Both the position numbers and the translations under genes were made by a program. From Tubulanus polymorphus (taxonomy: Eukaryota; Animalia; Nemertea), in NCBI RefSeq assembly GCF_964204645.1, contig NC_134028.1, positions 17,615,653-17,679,652 on the forward strand: a stretch of DNA of 64,000 nt. The letters are read 5' to 3'. Of this stretch, positions 1 to 11,493 are shown piece after piece. The notes beneath the pieces were generated by a model, which saw only the letters and a list, made by a program, of their open reading frames with translations, made no database searches and had not been told where the DNA came from. Numbering within the stretch: the first letter of the stretch is position 1; each line of letters opens with the position of its first letter.

Positions 1-414
1 AAATCTATACGCTACAAATATAACAATAACAGTTCCACCTAAAATCCAAATTATTTCATATTTCTGTTGTTCTTTACTTGGTGTATAATAATCTGATAAT
101 TTAGGTTTGTATAGACGTAATTTTTCTTTATTGCTTACCGCGTTATATAAACTCATTGCATCATCGACTGATTGAAAATCTCTATGTGAAATCTTCTGAT
201 CATATAATTTCTTGTTAATATAATCCATATAGTTTTGCCTCTTTTCTCTATATTCTTCTGCTCCTTTATTGTATTTTTCTAATGCTAAGTTATGACTTCT
301 TTGTTCTCCTAATGAACTATTTTTATCAATATCCTTAAATAAATAACCACCACCAGTAAATGCTAAAGCGTTAACAATTGCCGATCCTATAATAGTTATA
401 ATTGCAGAAGCCAT
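1..414 (-). CDS. Polinton conserved protein with hydrophobic N- and C-termini (homolog of 21437-21847), truncated by the window edge
   Basis: Reverse strand reads MASAIITIIGSAIVNALAFTGGGYLF from ATG 414. Confidence 0.8.
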   Translation of the reverse strand, partial: MASAIITIIGSAIVNALAFTGGGYLFKDIDKNSSLGEQRSHNLALEKYNKGAEEYREKRQNYMDYINKKLYDQKISHRDFQSVDDAMSLYNAVSNKEKLRLYKPKLSDYYTPSKEQQKYEIIWILGGTVIVIFVAYRF

Positions 415-438
415 TTATTTAGTAAAATAATTACGCAT

Positions 439-660
439 TTATATGGGAGGAATATATTTTTGTTTTTCCAAATAATCAATAGTTAAATTAGATAAAGTAA
501 CTGCTAATGTTAATTTTAAGATATCATTTATATCAAATCTATCAATATTAACACTTCCCATTTTGAATACTTTTTTTAATACCATTGAATAACCAAAAGT
601 TCCAACTGATAGTAATGCTCCATTATATAATCCAGTTATTATCCACTTATTATCACTCAT
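439..660 (-). CDS. Polinton small (73 aa) predicted membrane protein
   Basis: Intact ORF with hydrophobic segments and a TAAATG start; homolog of the frameshifted 21189-21412. Confidence 0.75.
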   Translation of the reverse strand: MSDNKWIITGLYNGALLSVGTFGYSMVLKKVFKMGSVNIDRFDINDILKLTLAVTLSNLTIDYLEKQKYIPPI

Positions 661-1015
661 TTATTTATCAAAAAAATTACTATCATCAAAATATTTAGTT
701 ATCTTATTTATAATTATTTCAACATTTATTTCATTACTAGTTTCATGATTATCATATATTTTGGTTAATATGTTTTTAATATCATCTATGATAAAATCTT
801 CATCTAATTCATAAAATCTTCAAGATTCTCTAATTAAATTAGTAATCCTTTCTACATTTAAAGTTTCTTTATCTATTGTTTTTTCATACTCAAATGTTGT
901 TTCATTAGAAAATGCAATATTTTTAATATGTGTAATTACATCATTAATGTTAAATTTCTTCCTCATGTTTAAAATCAAACCCAAAACATATACTCGGTCC
1001 AACAGTTATATTCAT
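661..1015 (-). pseudogene. Polinton hypothetical protein (homolog of 20829-21188), frameshifted
   Basis: KFNINDVITHIKNIAFSNETTFEYE matches the 119-aa ORF of the full copy. Confidence 0.75.
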
Positions 1016-1031
1016 TTATATAATGAAAAAA

Positions 1032-1636
1032 TTACTCTCTACATCTTATAACTAATTCATATATCACAGGAAAGTTATTTAAATCAATTAAATATCCATT
1101 ATGATTTCTTTAATTTGAAATTATTGAAATGTGGAATGCAAGGTTTAAAATCACATTCTGTTAAATTATAATTTAGTTGAGTTCCAAATTGTTTAACATT
1201 TTTTAATGGTAAAATATTTAGTATACTAGAATTGCAAGTTTTATCTTTAGTTGCTTCAAATGTTTTTTTAGGATCAATTAAATTGCAATAAATATAGAAA
1301 TGTGTGCTAGGTATTATATATGGTGTAGTATCAACATTTGAATAAAGTTTATCTGGTGTAATTCCTAACAGTTTAGCTACAGGTTTTTTAACTGAAAATT
1401 GATATTTTTCATTATGAGCTAACCCTATCTTCATTTTATTTCCTGATTGAAAAAAATAAATGTTCAAGACTTTTATCCGATACATTGTAAAGAGTATTAC
1501 ATAAACTTATATTAACTAATTTTAAATCAACACAATTCTTGAATTCTCTATCTAATTGAACTAGTAAATTATGTGATTTATAATTTGTAAGTTTTCTTGA
1601 ATCAACAAATATTCTGTATTCTTTTAATTCTACCAT
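1032..1636 (-). pseudogene. Polinton minor capsid protein (penton), with internal deletion/frameshifts
   Basis: MVELKEYRIFVDSRKL...HFYIYCNLI...LPLKN matches 20055-20812. Confidence 0.75.
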
Positions 1637-1653
1637 TTATTTTACATATTTTC

Positions 1654-2007
1654 TTATTCGAAATCTATTTCATGGTGCCCTTTTTCATTCTTACCTTTGT
1701 ATACGAAATAGAAATCTCCAGAACATAATTCTTCTAGATCTTCACTTGATAATCTATGAAATCTATCTGGTAAATATGTTCTGAATTTATATGTATTTCC
1801 TTTTAATCCTTCATATTCTAAGTGTATAACTAATTTATCTCCATGTTTGTTAGTAACTGTATCAATATTTGTAATTAGATATTTCTTATGGATTATTAAT
1901 TCTTTTAACTTCTTAAATTTATAATCTACTGATTTGACATTTGAAGTATCTTTTATTCTATCTAGAAATAATTTGTTGTTCTCACTGTGTGTTTGTTTAC
2001 TCTCCAT
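1654..2007 (-). CDS. Polinton 117-aa protein downstream of PolB (candidate OB-fold ssDNA-binding protein)
   Basis: Intact and near-identical to 19684-20037. The function is inferred from position and a beta-rich pattern only. Confidence 0.7.
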   Translation of the reverse strand: MESKQTHSENNKLFLDRIKDTSNVKSVDYKFKKLKELIIHKKYLITNIDTVTNKHGDKLVIHLEYEGLKGNTYKFRTYLPDRFHRLSSEDLEELCSGDFYFVYKGKNEKGHHEIDFE

Positions 2008-2036
2008 TTATAATACATATTTTTATTAAAATTTGA

Positions 2037-5000
2037 TTAACACGTTAGAATTCTTTTCATTATCTCGTTCTCTTTTGTTTCTTCTCTTTTAAATTTTAAG
2101 TATTCATCTAAATTACAACCATAAGCAACTGTATGAATTCCTTCATCCAGAATATTTTTTTATCATCAAATGGGTTTAGACTTATCTTTTCAATTTCTTC
2201 AATAAACATTTCATGATCTTCAGATCTTAAACATCTCATCTTATGTTTTCTAACTTCTTCATTGAATATACAATTGATGTAATCTTTGAAATGAATATTC
2301 TTTTCTACTACACTTTTGGTTATTCCTTTTAACTTTTTAGCTTCATGTTCTTTAGTTTTATATGAATACATTTTAGATCTAATACCGATGAATTCAATCA
2401 TTTCTTCACCACCTAATTCATCTTTGAATTTACCGGGAACTTTTTTATTATCATTGCTAAACAATTCATGATCTTTAGGATAATTACTGAAATCAAAATG
2501 ATGTTTTAATGTTTTTAAATCATCAGTTATGTTATTAGTTTTTATCTTTAATATGTAAGAATCGGTATCAAAATATAAGATTTCTATATGTTTTTCTCCA
2601 AAAAGTGGTTATAATACATTATAATAGAATTCATACATTAGTAATTTTGATAATTCTAAAACTAAAGCACCAACATAGATTGGTTTATTAAATTTAATTG
2701 ATGTTCTTCTCATCTTAACTGCAGCTAAATTTTCATCAAATATTCTGTTACCTAAAAACTTAGGATATGATTGTAAATGCCTTATCCTTTTACCATTACT
2801 AACTAACTCAATATCATTTCTATTTCTAATATTTTCACAAGTCTTACCATAGAATGCATTGTTCATTAGTTTGAAGAAATCTTTCTCAAAATCAGTTTTA
2901 GCTTCAGTTCTCTGTTTGGTGTTAAAATCTATATATTTTTCTAACCACTTAGATTGAGTAAATGAAATATAACTATGTACTTTTTTAGCATCATTCCTTG
3001 TTTTAGATAAAACTTTAACATTCTATAATGTACTACATAATTATATTTATCTTCTTGAGTTACCATTAACTTTTCTGTATGAATATGATTTTCGGGTTTA
3101 ATTCTTTTTTGATAACTTGATAATTCTTCATGAGTTACAGTTTTATGTTCTGGACAGTATGCTAGATTTCTAGATTTAAATTTAATATGTTCAGGATATT
3201 CTAAATCGACAATAAAGAAGTAACCAGTAACTGAATCATCTGCAATATCTAGGATTCTTTTCTTCCAATCAAATTTATCATTATTTTCATGTTGTGAAAC
3301 TTCACTTATTTCAAATACTCCATAAGGTTGTGGTTCCATCATTGCCCAACCATACAAATTATTTGCATCTATATATAATAACTTATATCCAGGGTTATCA
3401 TTTACATTGAAATATCTATCCCCTAATACACCTAAAACTCCTCCTCTTATAGATTTTTCAAATAATAATAATTGATCTATATTTGTTAACAAATCCATTT
3501 TTATATCTGTAAATTTTAAACCACAATCCCATGTTAAACCTGGGCTAGAATAACAATGACATGGATCAATATTGAAATATTTTAGGTTTACATCTCTAAA
3601 CCTTTCGAATATATCGGTTAATAATAATACATCTGATTTTAGATATGAATCTACTAATTGTCCATGATTTTGAAATGATTCCAAATATTCAATGTTCTAT
3701 TATAGACTTCATCTTTAACATATTCATTTTTTAATTCATCATAGAATTGTTCTTTTAATAATTCAGTTATGTTAAAATCATTATGATTTTTATAGAAAGA
3801 ATATGGAATTGCGCCTTTATATCTCATTTATTGAAAATCATCATTATTTGGGTAGTGTTGCTTTAATATTTTTAATTCATCATCAGCTAATGATTTTGAT
3901 AAGTTATCTAATGAACTATTTAAAAATCTATATGAATCTATAAATCTTAGGCAACCAAATTGGAATGATATATAATTCTCAGATGTTCTAGCTAACATTT
4001 TAAATTTATAAGTTGGTATTTTATCTTTTGATCTATTTGAATTTAATCTTTCTATTTCATTATTAATTTCTTCTATTTTATGGCATAACTGTTTGATAAA
4101 TAAATGAGCATCATATCCTGATAAATTATGAAATATAACTGGTACAAAGTTAATTTTCTTAGCTTGTAAGTTACAATTCTCATGTGCAGCACCTCTAAAC
4201 TTTCCATTCAAATGATCATGGTCTCTCACTTTTTTATCTTTATAATTAAATATCTTTTCACAATAATAACATTTATCTGCAAACTCAAATGCTTCTTTAT
4301 CTTCTTCTGTCATTATAATTTCTATATTTTTATTTAACTTTTCATTAAATTTTATTTCATATTCAATTAATAAGTCACAAAAATGATTAATAACATTTTC
4401 ATTTCTATAATGATAATATTCACTTTTAATTAGTTCTGGATAATCAGATTTAATATATAACCCGAAAGCTGCAGCTGATTGATGAATCTTTTTAATAGTA
4501 TTTGTTTTTGGTGGTTCATCTGAAAAATCATTTTCATTAGAATTTAATTTCTTTCTTTTATAATATATTTCTTTTCTATCTTGATCAGTTAATTCTTAAT
4601 TTAATGATTCAAAATCTCCATGTATAACAAATGGTACTTTATTTTTGTAATCATATTTTTTGAATTCTAATATTTTATCCTTTTCATTTGGTAAAACTAA
4701 TTTACAATAATCATGATTTTCACATAATTGTTTATGATTTAATAATGCACTTTCAGTACTGAATTTATGTAAACATTTTCTACATAGATATATTTTATTA
4801 TCAAAATCATTTTCTGATTTAAAAAATAAATCGATTCTTTTAATCCACATATAATGATTCTCATAATATAATATATCTATAACATCGTTTGAATCATAAT
4901 CTTTTGATAGGTATAAAGGTTCTAATGTATAATGTTTTATATTGTTACCTTTTGTATTTGGTAATTTGATTAAATCAAATACATTTATCTTTATATTATT

Positions 5001-5578
5001 ATCTCTTTCTATTTTTGGGATGTTTTTAATTCTAACAGGATACTTATCTATCTTATAATTATTTTCAAATGGTTTATAATGAGTTAATCTAAAACTATGT
5101 GTAATATCTTCTGTTGGATGTAAGCAACTTATAATTGTCCATAGAAAACATTTATCATCTTCATTTTGTACATTTATTACAGCATTAGTTTTAAATGGTA
5201 GTTTAATATAACTCGATGCTTCAATATCTGGTTCTTTATAACATGATAAATTATTTTCATCTATTGGTTTTGATTTAGTTAACTTATTATATTTTGTGTT
5301 ATAAACATGTAAAGTCATAAATATTATTTCATCAAATATTAAACCTGATCCTTCAAAATATTTCTCTTCTATTTTAGTTTTTACTTCATTATAACATTTA
5401 TCTAATTTATCATCTATATGTTGTTTAGATATAATATGTTGTGAATGAGAATTTATATTATATATTGGTTTATCTTCAGATTTTATGAATTTAACTTTAG
5501 AAGATATACTAATTTTAGGGTATTCAACATCAGTTATTATTTTTACAATATTTTTCATATTTTCTAAATGTTTTCCAT
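2037..5578 (-). pseudogene. polB: Protein-primed family B DNA polymerase (pPolB), multiply frameshifted, N-terminal zinc fingers deleted
   Basis: ORF fragments carry LLYIDANNLYGWAM (motif A), MNNAFYGKT (motif B), VPGKFKDE, and the EndoVII-like CYYC..RDHDHLNGKFRGAAH..CN insert. Confidence 0.92.
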
Positions 5579-5657
5579 TTTAATACGAAAATTTTTATTA
5601 AAATTGATTTTAGAAGTTATTCATTTATATTTTATTCATATATATGAATATTTTAAG

Positions 5658-5809
5658 AGTAATAGGGGTTTAGTTGTTTCATATCAAAGGTTGAAGGGGC
5701 GAGTGAGTAAAAAATAAAAAATAAATTCGAGTGTGCGAGAATTTATTTTTTATTTTTTACTCACTCGACCCTTCGACCTTTGGTATGAAACAACTAAACC
5801 CCTATTACT
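5658..5809. repeat. 152-bp terminal imperfect hairpin of Polinton copy 1
   Basis: AGTAATAGGGGTTTAGTTGTTTCATA... at 5658 is the reverse complement of ...TATGAAACAACTAAACCCCTATTACT ending at 5809. Confidence 0.93.
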
Positions 5810-6511
5810 GTTTCAGATGTCTTGTAGAAGGTCACCGGGGAACAAGTTGTAAAGCGACCCGGATTTGCGGAGTCAACAAATGTAAAGATACACACAACCG
5901 ATTGTTGCATAGAGAAAAACTAATCAACGTCGACGCACCTAGAGCGAGCTACTGCCAGAGCGCTGCAACGGAAGGGGAGCGTTGCAACACACAGCCATCA
6001 GAAGACGTAAGCCTGATAACTCAGAACACCAGATGCAACTTCATAACCATGAGAACAGTACCAGTGATTTTGAAAAATGGTGAGAAGAAACTTCGAATAA
6101 ACGCCTTACTAGACGATGCAAGCACCAAAACATACCTGAACAGTGACGTAGCTGCAGAACTAGGGCTGAGAGGGTCGATGGAAAAAGTAACAGTTAACGT
6201 TATCAACGGACAAACGGAGACGTTTATAACTACACCAGTCGAAGTACAGTTAGAGAGTGTGAACATACCCTAGTCAGTGTATACACCACAGATAGAGTAA
6301 CAGGCCAGATGAAAGCAGTTGACTGGAACGGCTATAGAGATAAGTGGAATCATCTGAAAGGCATACAGTTCCCACGTTTAGGAAAACGACCTATTGTAGA
6401 CATGTTAATAGGTATAGACAACATTGAACTACATTATTCGAGATATACGCGGAAGACCGAAAGAGCCAGTGGCAAGATTAACACCACTTGGGTGGACTTG
6501 TATTGGTTGTC
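5810..6511 (+). pseudogene. BEL/Pao LTR retrotransposon: Gag zinc knuckles and aspartic protease region
   Basis: CFRCLVEGHRGTSC and C..C...HNRLLH knuckles; ALLDDASTKTY protease motif; MLIGID; ARLTPLGWTCIG just before the insertion. Confidence 0.88.
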
Positions 6512-6853
6512 AGTAATAGGGGTAATAGGCTTTCAGATCAAAGGTCGAAGGGTCGAGCTCATAAAAAATGAAAAATATGAAAATAATAACAATTTCTACT
6601 TGAATTAGTCGCGAAACTCATAAAAAATGAAAAATAATTCTCACACACTCGAATTTATTTTTCATTTTTACTCGCTAGAAAAAAGTGTGAGTAAAGTGTG
6701 AGTGAAATAAATTCGAGCGCGCGAGAATTATTTTTCATTTTTTATGAGTTTCACTCCTAATTCAAGTAGAAATTGTTATTATTTTCATGTTTTTCATTTT
6801 TAATGAACTCGACCATTCAACCTTTAACCTGAAAGCCCATTACCCCTATTACT
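6512..6853. repeat. 342-bp terminal imperfect hairpin
   Basis: AGTAATAGGGGTAATAGGCTTTCAG... pairs with ...CTGAAAGCCCATTACCCCTATTACT; the inner arms are also complementary. Confidence 0.92.
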
Positions 6854-7003
6854 CTTAAAATAATCATATACATGAATAAAATATATATGAATAACATATA
6901 AATTGATAGATTATTCAATATAAAAGTGTGAGTGAAATAATTCATATTTAAAACATTGAATATTTATATTTGAATGAGTTTTAATAAAAGTTTTGTTATT
7001 AAA

Positions 7004-7427
7004 ATGAAGAAAGAAGAAGAAGAACCCAACTTTAAAATCGAATTTAGTGTCCGCAAGACATTATAAAATTGAAAATATTACTGTAATTAATCAAATATTA
7101 TCAAATCAAACATATTTAATTACTAAACTAATTGATACTTTTGATAATGGTGTTAAAAATCCTAAAGTATTCAATACAGTTTTAAATTTTAAAGGAACTT
7201 TAGATGAAAACATAATTAATATTCTTAAAACTCCTTTCAATGAAAGAAATGATGATATAATACTTTCAAAAGATTACAATGATTTGATTAACTTAAGAAT
7301 TGAAAAAAGACAATTATATTATTTCAATTTTGATAATAAACAAATTATCTATAATGAAAATTCAACAAATATTGGAATTCAATGTAAATTAGATATTGAA
7401 AAATCATTTAAAGATATTGCAGTTTAA
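7004..7427 (+). pseudogene. Hypothetical protein, paralog of 10349-10870, with an N-terminal deletion/frameshift
   Basis: ATG 7004 MKKEEEEPNFKIEF, then YKIENITVINQILSNQTYLITKLIDT...KRQLYY, matching the 173-aa ORF. Confidence 0.7.
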
Positions 7428-7609
7428 TGTAAATTAGATGATGAATTTAGAAAATTCAATCCTAATGAAAATTGCATTGTTATTGCGGAGGTAAATATTT
7501 AAAATCACATAAATCAAAGCATTATGAAACAATTAAACATAAAAACTGGTGTAAAGAGTAACAATTCTACATTATAATTATTGAATTGAGTTAAATGATT
7601 TAAATATCT

Positions 7610-9325
7610 AATAGACTGTTAAAATGATAAATTGTTTGACAGTTGAAATGATAAATTGTTTGACAGTTGAAATGATAAGACAGTTGAAATGATAAATTGT
7701 TTGACAGTTGAAATGATAAATTGTTTGACAGTTGAAATGATAAATTGTTTGACAGTTGAAATGATAAATTGTTTGACAGTTGAAATGATAAATTGTTTGA
7801 CAGTTGAAATGATAAAACAGCTGAAATGATAAATTGTTTGACAGTTGAAATGTTAAATTGTTTGACAGTTGAAATGATAAATTGTTTGACAGTTGAAATG
7901 ATAAGACAGTTGAAATGATAAATTGTTTGACAGTTGAAATGATAAATTGTTTGACAGTTGAAATGATAAATTGTTTGACAGTTGAAATGATAAGACAGTT
8001 GAAATGATAAATTGTTTGACAGTTGAAATGATAAATTGTTTGGCAGTTGAAATGTTAAATTGTTTGACAGTTGAAATGATAAATTGTTTGACAGTTGAAA
8101 TGATAAATTGTTTGACAGTTGAAATGATAAATTGTTTGACAGTTGAAATGATAAGACAGCTGAAATGATAAATTGTTTGACTGTTGAAATGTTAAATTGT
8201 TTGACAGTTGAAATGATAAATTGTTTGACAGTTGAAATGATAAATTGTTTCACAGTTGAAATGATAAATTGTTTCACAGTTGAAATGTTAAATTGTTTGA
8301 CAGTTGACATGATAGGACAGCTGAAATGATAAATTGTTTGACTGTTGAAATGTTAAATTGTTTGACTGTTGAAATGATAAATTGTTTGACAGTTAAAATG
8401 ATAAATTGTTTGACAGTTGAAATGATAAATTGAAATGATAAATTGTTTGACAGTTGAAATGATAAATTGTTCGACAGTTGAAATGATAAATTGTTTGACA
8501 GTTGAAATGTTAAATTGTTTGACAGTTGAAATGATAAATTGTTTGACAGTTGAAATGATAAATTGTTCGACTGTTGAAATGATAAATTGTTTGACAGTTG
8601 AAATGTTATATTGTTTGACAGTTGAAATGTTAAATTGTTTGACAGTTGAAATGATAAATTGTTTTACAGTTGAAATGTTAAATTGTTTGACAGTTGAAAT
8701 GACAAATTGTTTGACAGCTGAAATGATAAATTGTTCGACTGTTGAAATGATTTGACAGTTTAAATGATAAATTGTTTGACAGTTGAAATGATAAATTGTT
8801 CGACTGTTGAAATGATAAATTGTTTGACAGTTGAAATGATAAATTGTTTGACAGTTGAAATGATGAATTGTTTGAGAGTTGAAATAATAAATTGTTTGAC
8901 AGTTGAAATGTTAAATTGTTTGACAGTTGAAATGATAAATTGTTTGACAGTTGAAATGATAAATTGTTTGACAGTTGTAATGATAAATTGTTTGACAGTT
9001 GAAATGATAAATTGTTCGACTGTTGAAATGATAAATTGTTTGACAGTTGAAATTATAAATTGTTTGACAGTTGAAATGATAAATTGTTCGACTGTTGAAA
9101 TGATAAATTGTTTGACAGTTGAAATGATAAATTCTTTGACAGTTGAAATGATAAATTGTTCGACTGTTGAAATGATAAATTGTTTGACAGTTGAAATGAT
9201 AAATTGTTCGACTGTTGAAATCATAAATTGTTTGACAGTTGAAATGTTAAATTGTTTGACAGTTGAAATGATAAATTGTTTGACAGTTGAAATGTTAAAT
9301 TGTTAGACTGTTGAAATGTTTAATT
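7610..9325 (+). repeat. 24-bp tandem array (TTGACAGTTGAAATGATAAATTGT)n, about 70 units, with 17-bp deletion variants
   Basis: Directly visible; it produces the spurious MINCLTVE/ISTVKQFI peptide repeats. Confidence 0.95.
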
Positions 9326-9454
9326 GTTTGGTTGTAAATTTAATTGTTATTTGATTTAATCATTTAAAAGTTTAATATTTTTAAAATGATTATAAAATAT
9401 TTAATTAAAAACTAGCAAATATTTTATGAACTGTTTAATTTTTCTCTTAAATAA

Positions 9455-9532
9455 ATGGATGGTTTCATCCCAACTGGGAAAAGTGATTTGAAACATTATT
9501 TAGTTGCTGGAGGTTTAATATTAGCAGCATAA
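9455..9532 (+). CDS. Putative 25-aa hydrophobic micro-ORF (MDGFIPTGKSDLKHYLVAGGLILAA)
   Basis: Preceded by TTTTTCTCTTAAATAAATG like the Polinton structural genes; partly duplicated in inverted orientation (ATG at 9649, minus strand). Confidence 0.4.
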   Translation: MDGFIPTGKSDLKHYLVAGGLILAA

Positions 9533-9581
9533 TTTTTGACATTTTTTAATAGCTGTCAAACAATTTATCATTTTAAATGTC

Positions 9582-10351
9582 AATATTAAACCTCCAGCAA
9601 TTAAATAATGTTTCAAATCACTTTTCCCAGTTGGGATGAAACCATCCATTTATTTAAGAGAAAAATTAAACAGTTCATAAAATATTTGCTAGTTTTTGAT
9701 TAAATATTTTATAATCATTTTAAAAATATTAAACTTTTAAATGATTAAATCAAATAACAATTAAATTTACAACCAAACAATTTAACATTTCAACAGTCTA
9801 ACAATTTAACATTTCAACTGTCAAACAATTTATCATTTCAACTGTCAAACAATTTAACATTTCAACTGTCAAACAATTTATGATTTCAACAGTCGAACAA
9901 TTTATCATTTCAACTGTCAAACAATTTATCATTTCAACAGTCGAACAATTTATCATTTCAACTGTCAAAGAATTTATCATTTCAACTGTCAAAGAATTTA
10001 TCATTTCAACAGTCGAACAATTTATCATTTCATCAGTCGAACAATTTATCATTTCAACTGTCAAACAATTTATCATTTCAACTGTCAAACAATTTATCAT
10101 TTCAACAGTCAAACAATTTATCATTTCAACTGTCAAACAATTTATCATTTCAACTGTCAAACAATTTATCATTTTAACAGTCAAACACTTTATCATTTCA
10201 ACAGTCGAACAATTTATCATTTTAACAGTCGAACAATTTATCATTTCAACAGTCGAACAATTTATCATTTCAACAGTCGAACAATTTATCATTTTAACAG
10301 TCGAACAATTTATCATTTCAGCTGTCAAACAATTTATCATTTTAAATGTCA
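9582..10351 (-). repeat. Inverted duplicate of the 9522-leftward unique segment plus 24-bp array
   Basis: 9582-9800 is the reverse complement of ~9300-9522, and the array then continues in reverse orientation; 59-bp non-palindromic spacer. Confidence 0.92.
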
Positions 10352-10870
10352 AACAATTGCAATATCTTTATAAGAATTTTTATTAACTGATTCACACTGA
10401 ATTGCAATATCTTTAAAAGAATTATTGTTTTCTAAATCACATTGAATTTCAATATTTGATGTATTTTCATTATAAATAATTTGTTTATTATCAAAATTAC
10501 AATAATATAATTGTCGTTTTTCAATTCTTAAGTCTATCCTATCATTACCTTTTGAAAGTATTATATCACTTTCTCTTTCATTAAAAGGAAATTTAAGAAT
10601 ATTTATTATGTTTTCATCTAAATTACCTTTATAATTTAAAACTGTATTAAATATTTTAGGATTTTTGGCGCCATTATCTAAAGTATCTATTAGTTCAGTT
10701 ATTAAATATGTTTCATTTAATACTATTTGATTAATTACAGTAATATTATTAATTTTATATTGTCTTCCATATACTAAATTTTTTGCTGAGATACAATTTT
10801 TAATGTTAAATAGTGAAAATAATTCATTCAATTCTTTTATTTCAATTTTAAATTCCATTTCTTCTTTCAT
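10349..10870 (-). CDS. Hypothetical 173-aa protein of the non-autonomous element
   Basis: Intact ORF with TATATAAATG start; paralog at 7004-7427; C-terminal repeated (K/I)xIxIQC motifs. Confidence 0.7.
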   Translation of the reverse strand: MKEEMEFKIEIKELNELFSLFNIKNCISAKNLVYGRQYKINNITVINQIVLNETYLITELIDTLDNGAKNPKIFNTVLNYKGNLDENIINILKFPFNERESDIILSKGNDRIDLRIEKRQLYYCNFDNKQIIYNENTSNIEIQCDLENNNSFKDIAIQCESVNKNSYKDIAIV

Positions 10871-10884
10871 TTATATAGCAAAAT

Positions 10885-11140
10885 TATTACTCACACTTTA
10901 CTCACACTTTTATTATTGAAAATCTAACTTATTTTACTCACACTTTACACACACTTTTAACATTGAAAATCTAACTTATTTTACTCACACTTTTAACGTC
11001 GAAAATCTAACTTATTTTACTCACACTTTACTCACACTTTTAACGTTGAAAATCTAAATTATTTTACTCACACTTTACTCACACTTTTAACATTGAAAAT
11101 CTAACTTATTTTACTCACACTTTACTCACACTTTTAATAT
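10885..11140. repeat. ~47-bp tandem repeat (TTATTTTACTCACACTTTACTCACACTTTTAACATTGAAAATCTAAC), 5-6 units
   Basis: Directly visible upstream of the 173-aa ORF. Confidence 0.9.
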
Positions 11141-11159
11141 TGACCAATTTTATCATTTT

Positions 11160-11408
11160 ATTAGCGCTTTTATATTAAAAAGTGTGTTTATTTTTGGAAA
11201 AAAGCAAAAAATTTAATTTTTCTAAACTTAATTTTATTTCTTAATTCGCGGATACTTTCTCTCCATATTTAGTTTTTATCTTTTCTAATTTCAATATTTT
11301 ATGTTCACTTTCTTTTGTAACATCAACTAACTTTTTTATTTCAAATTGTTTTTTTGCTGGTTTTATTCTGTTATTTATTGTTGCTAAGAATGCTTTTCTA
11401 TCTCCCAT
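11160..11408 (-). pseudogene. Divergent homolog of the Polinton 117-aa (SSB-like) gene
   Basis: MGDRKAFLATINNRIK..FEIKKLVDV..EHKILKLEKIKTKYGEKV resembles LFLDRIK..YKFKKLTEL..KYLITNIDTVTNNYGDKL; start TTTTTTTTCCTTATAAATG; stop at 11241. Confidence 0.55.
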
Positions 11409-11493
11409 TTATAAGGAAAAAAAATTACTTGTGGTGATGAGTGGTGTCTCGTACTCTCGTACTCTGATCTGAAACCCACATCTTCTAATTACT

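Larger units (their letters stand above)
1..5809 (-). mobile_element. Polinton/Maverick copy 1 (decayed; only the PolB-end portion is in the window), inserted in BEL gag
   Basis: Same genes in the same order as 15629-21847 but on the minus strand. Terminus ...CCCCTATTACT at 5809 abuts the BEL zinc-knuckle sequence (GTTTCAGATGT = CFRC). Confidence 0.93.
6512..11493. mobile_element. Non-autonomous or composite Polinton-related element (hairpin left end, tandem arrays, a few small ORFs)
   Basis: Starts AGTAATAGGGG like the Polinton TIR and ends ...GATCTGAAACCCACATCTTCTAATTACT (divergent terminus). AT-rich, TAAATG starts, no PolB/integrase/capsid, no TSD (GTTGTC vs CAACAC). Confidence 0.75.

Noticed and set aside
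5731-6273. 180-aa ORF as a real gene
   Set aside because: Chimeric read-through from the Polinton hairpin into BEL gag.
7600-10386. Long repeat ORFs (MINCLTVE / ISTVKQFI) or a CRISPR array
   Set aside because: A pure 24-bp tandem repeat with no unique spacers and no cas genes; the ORFs are by-products of a stop-free unit.
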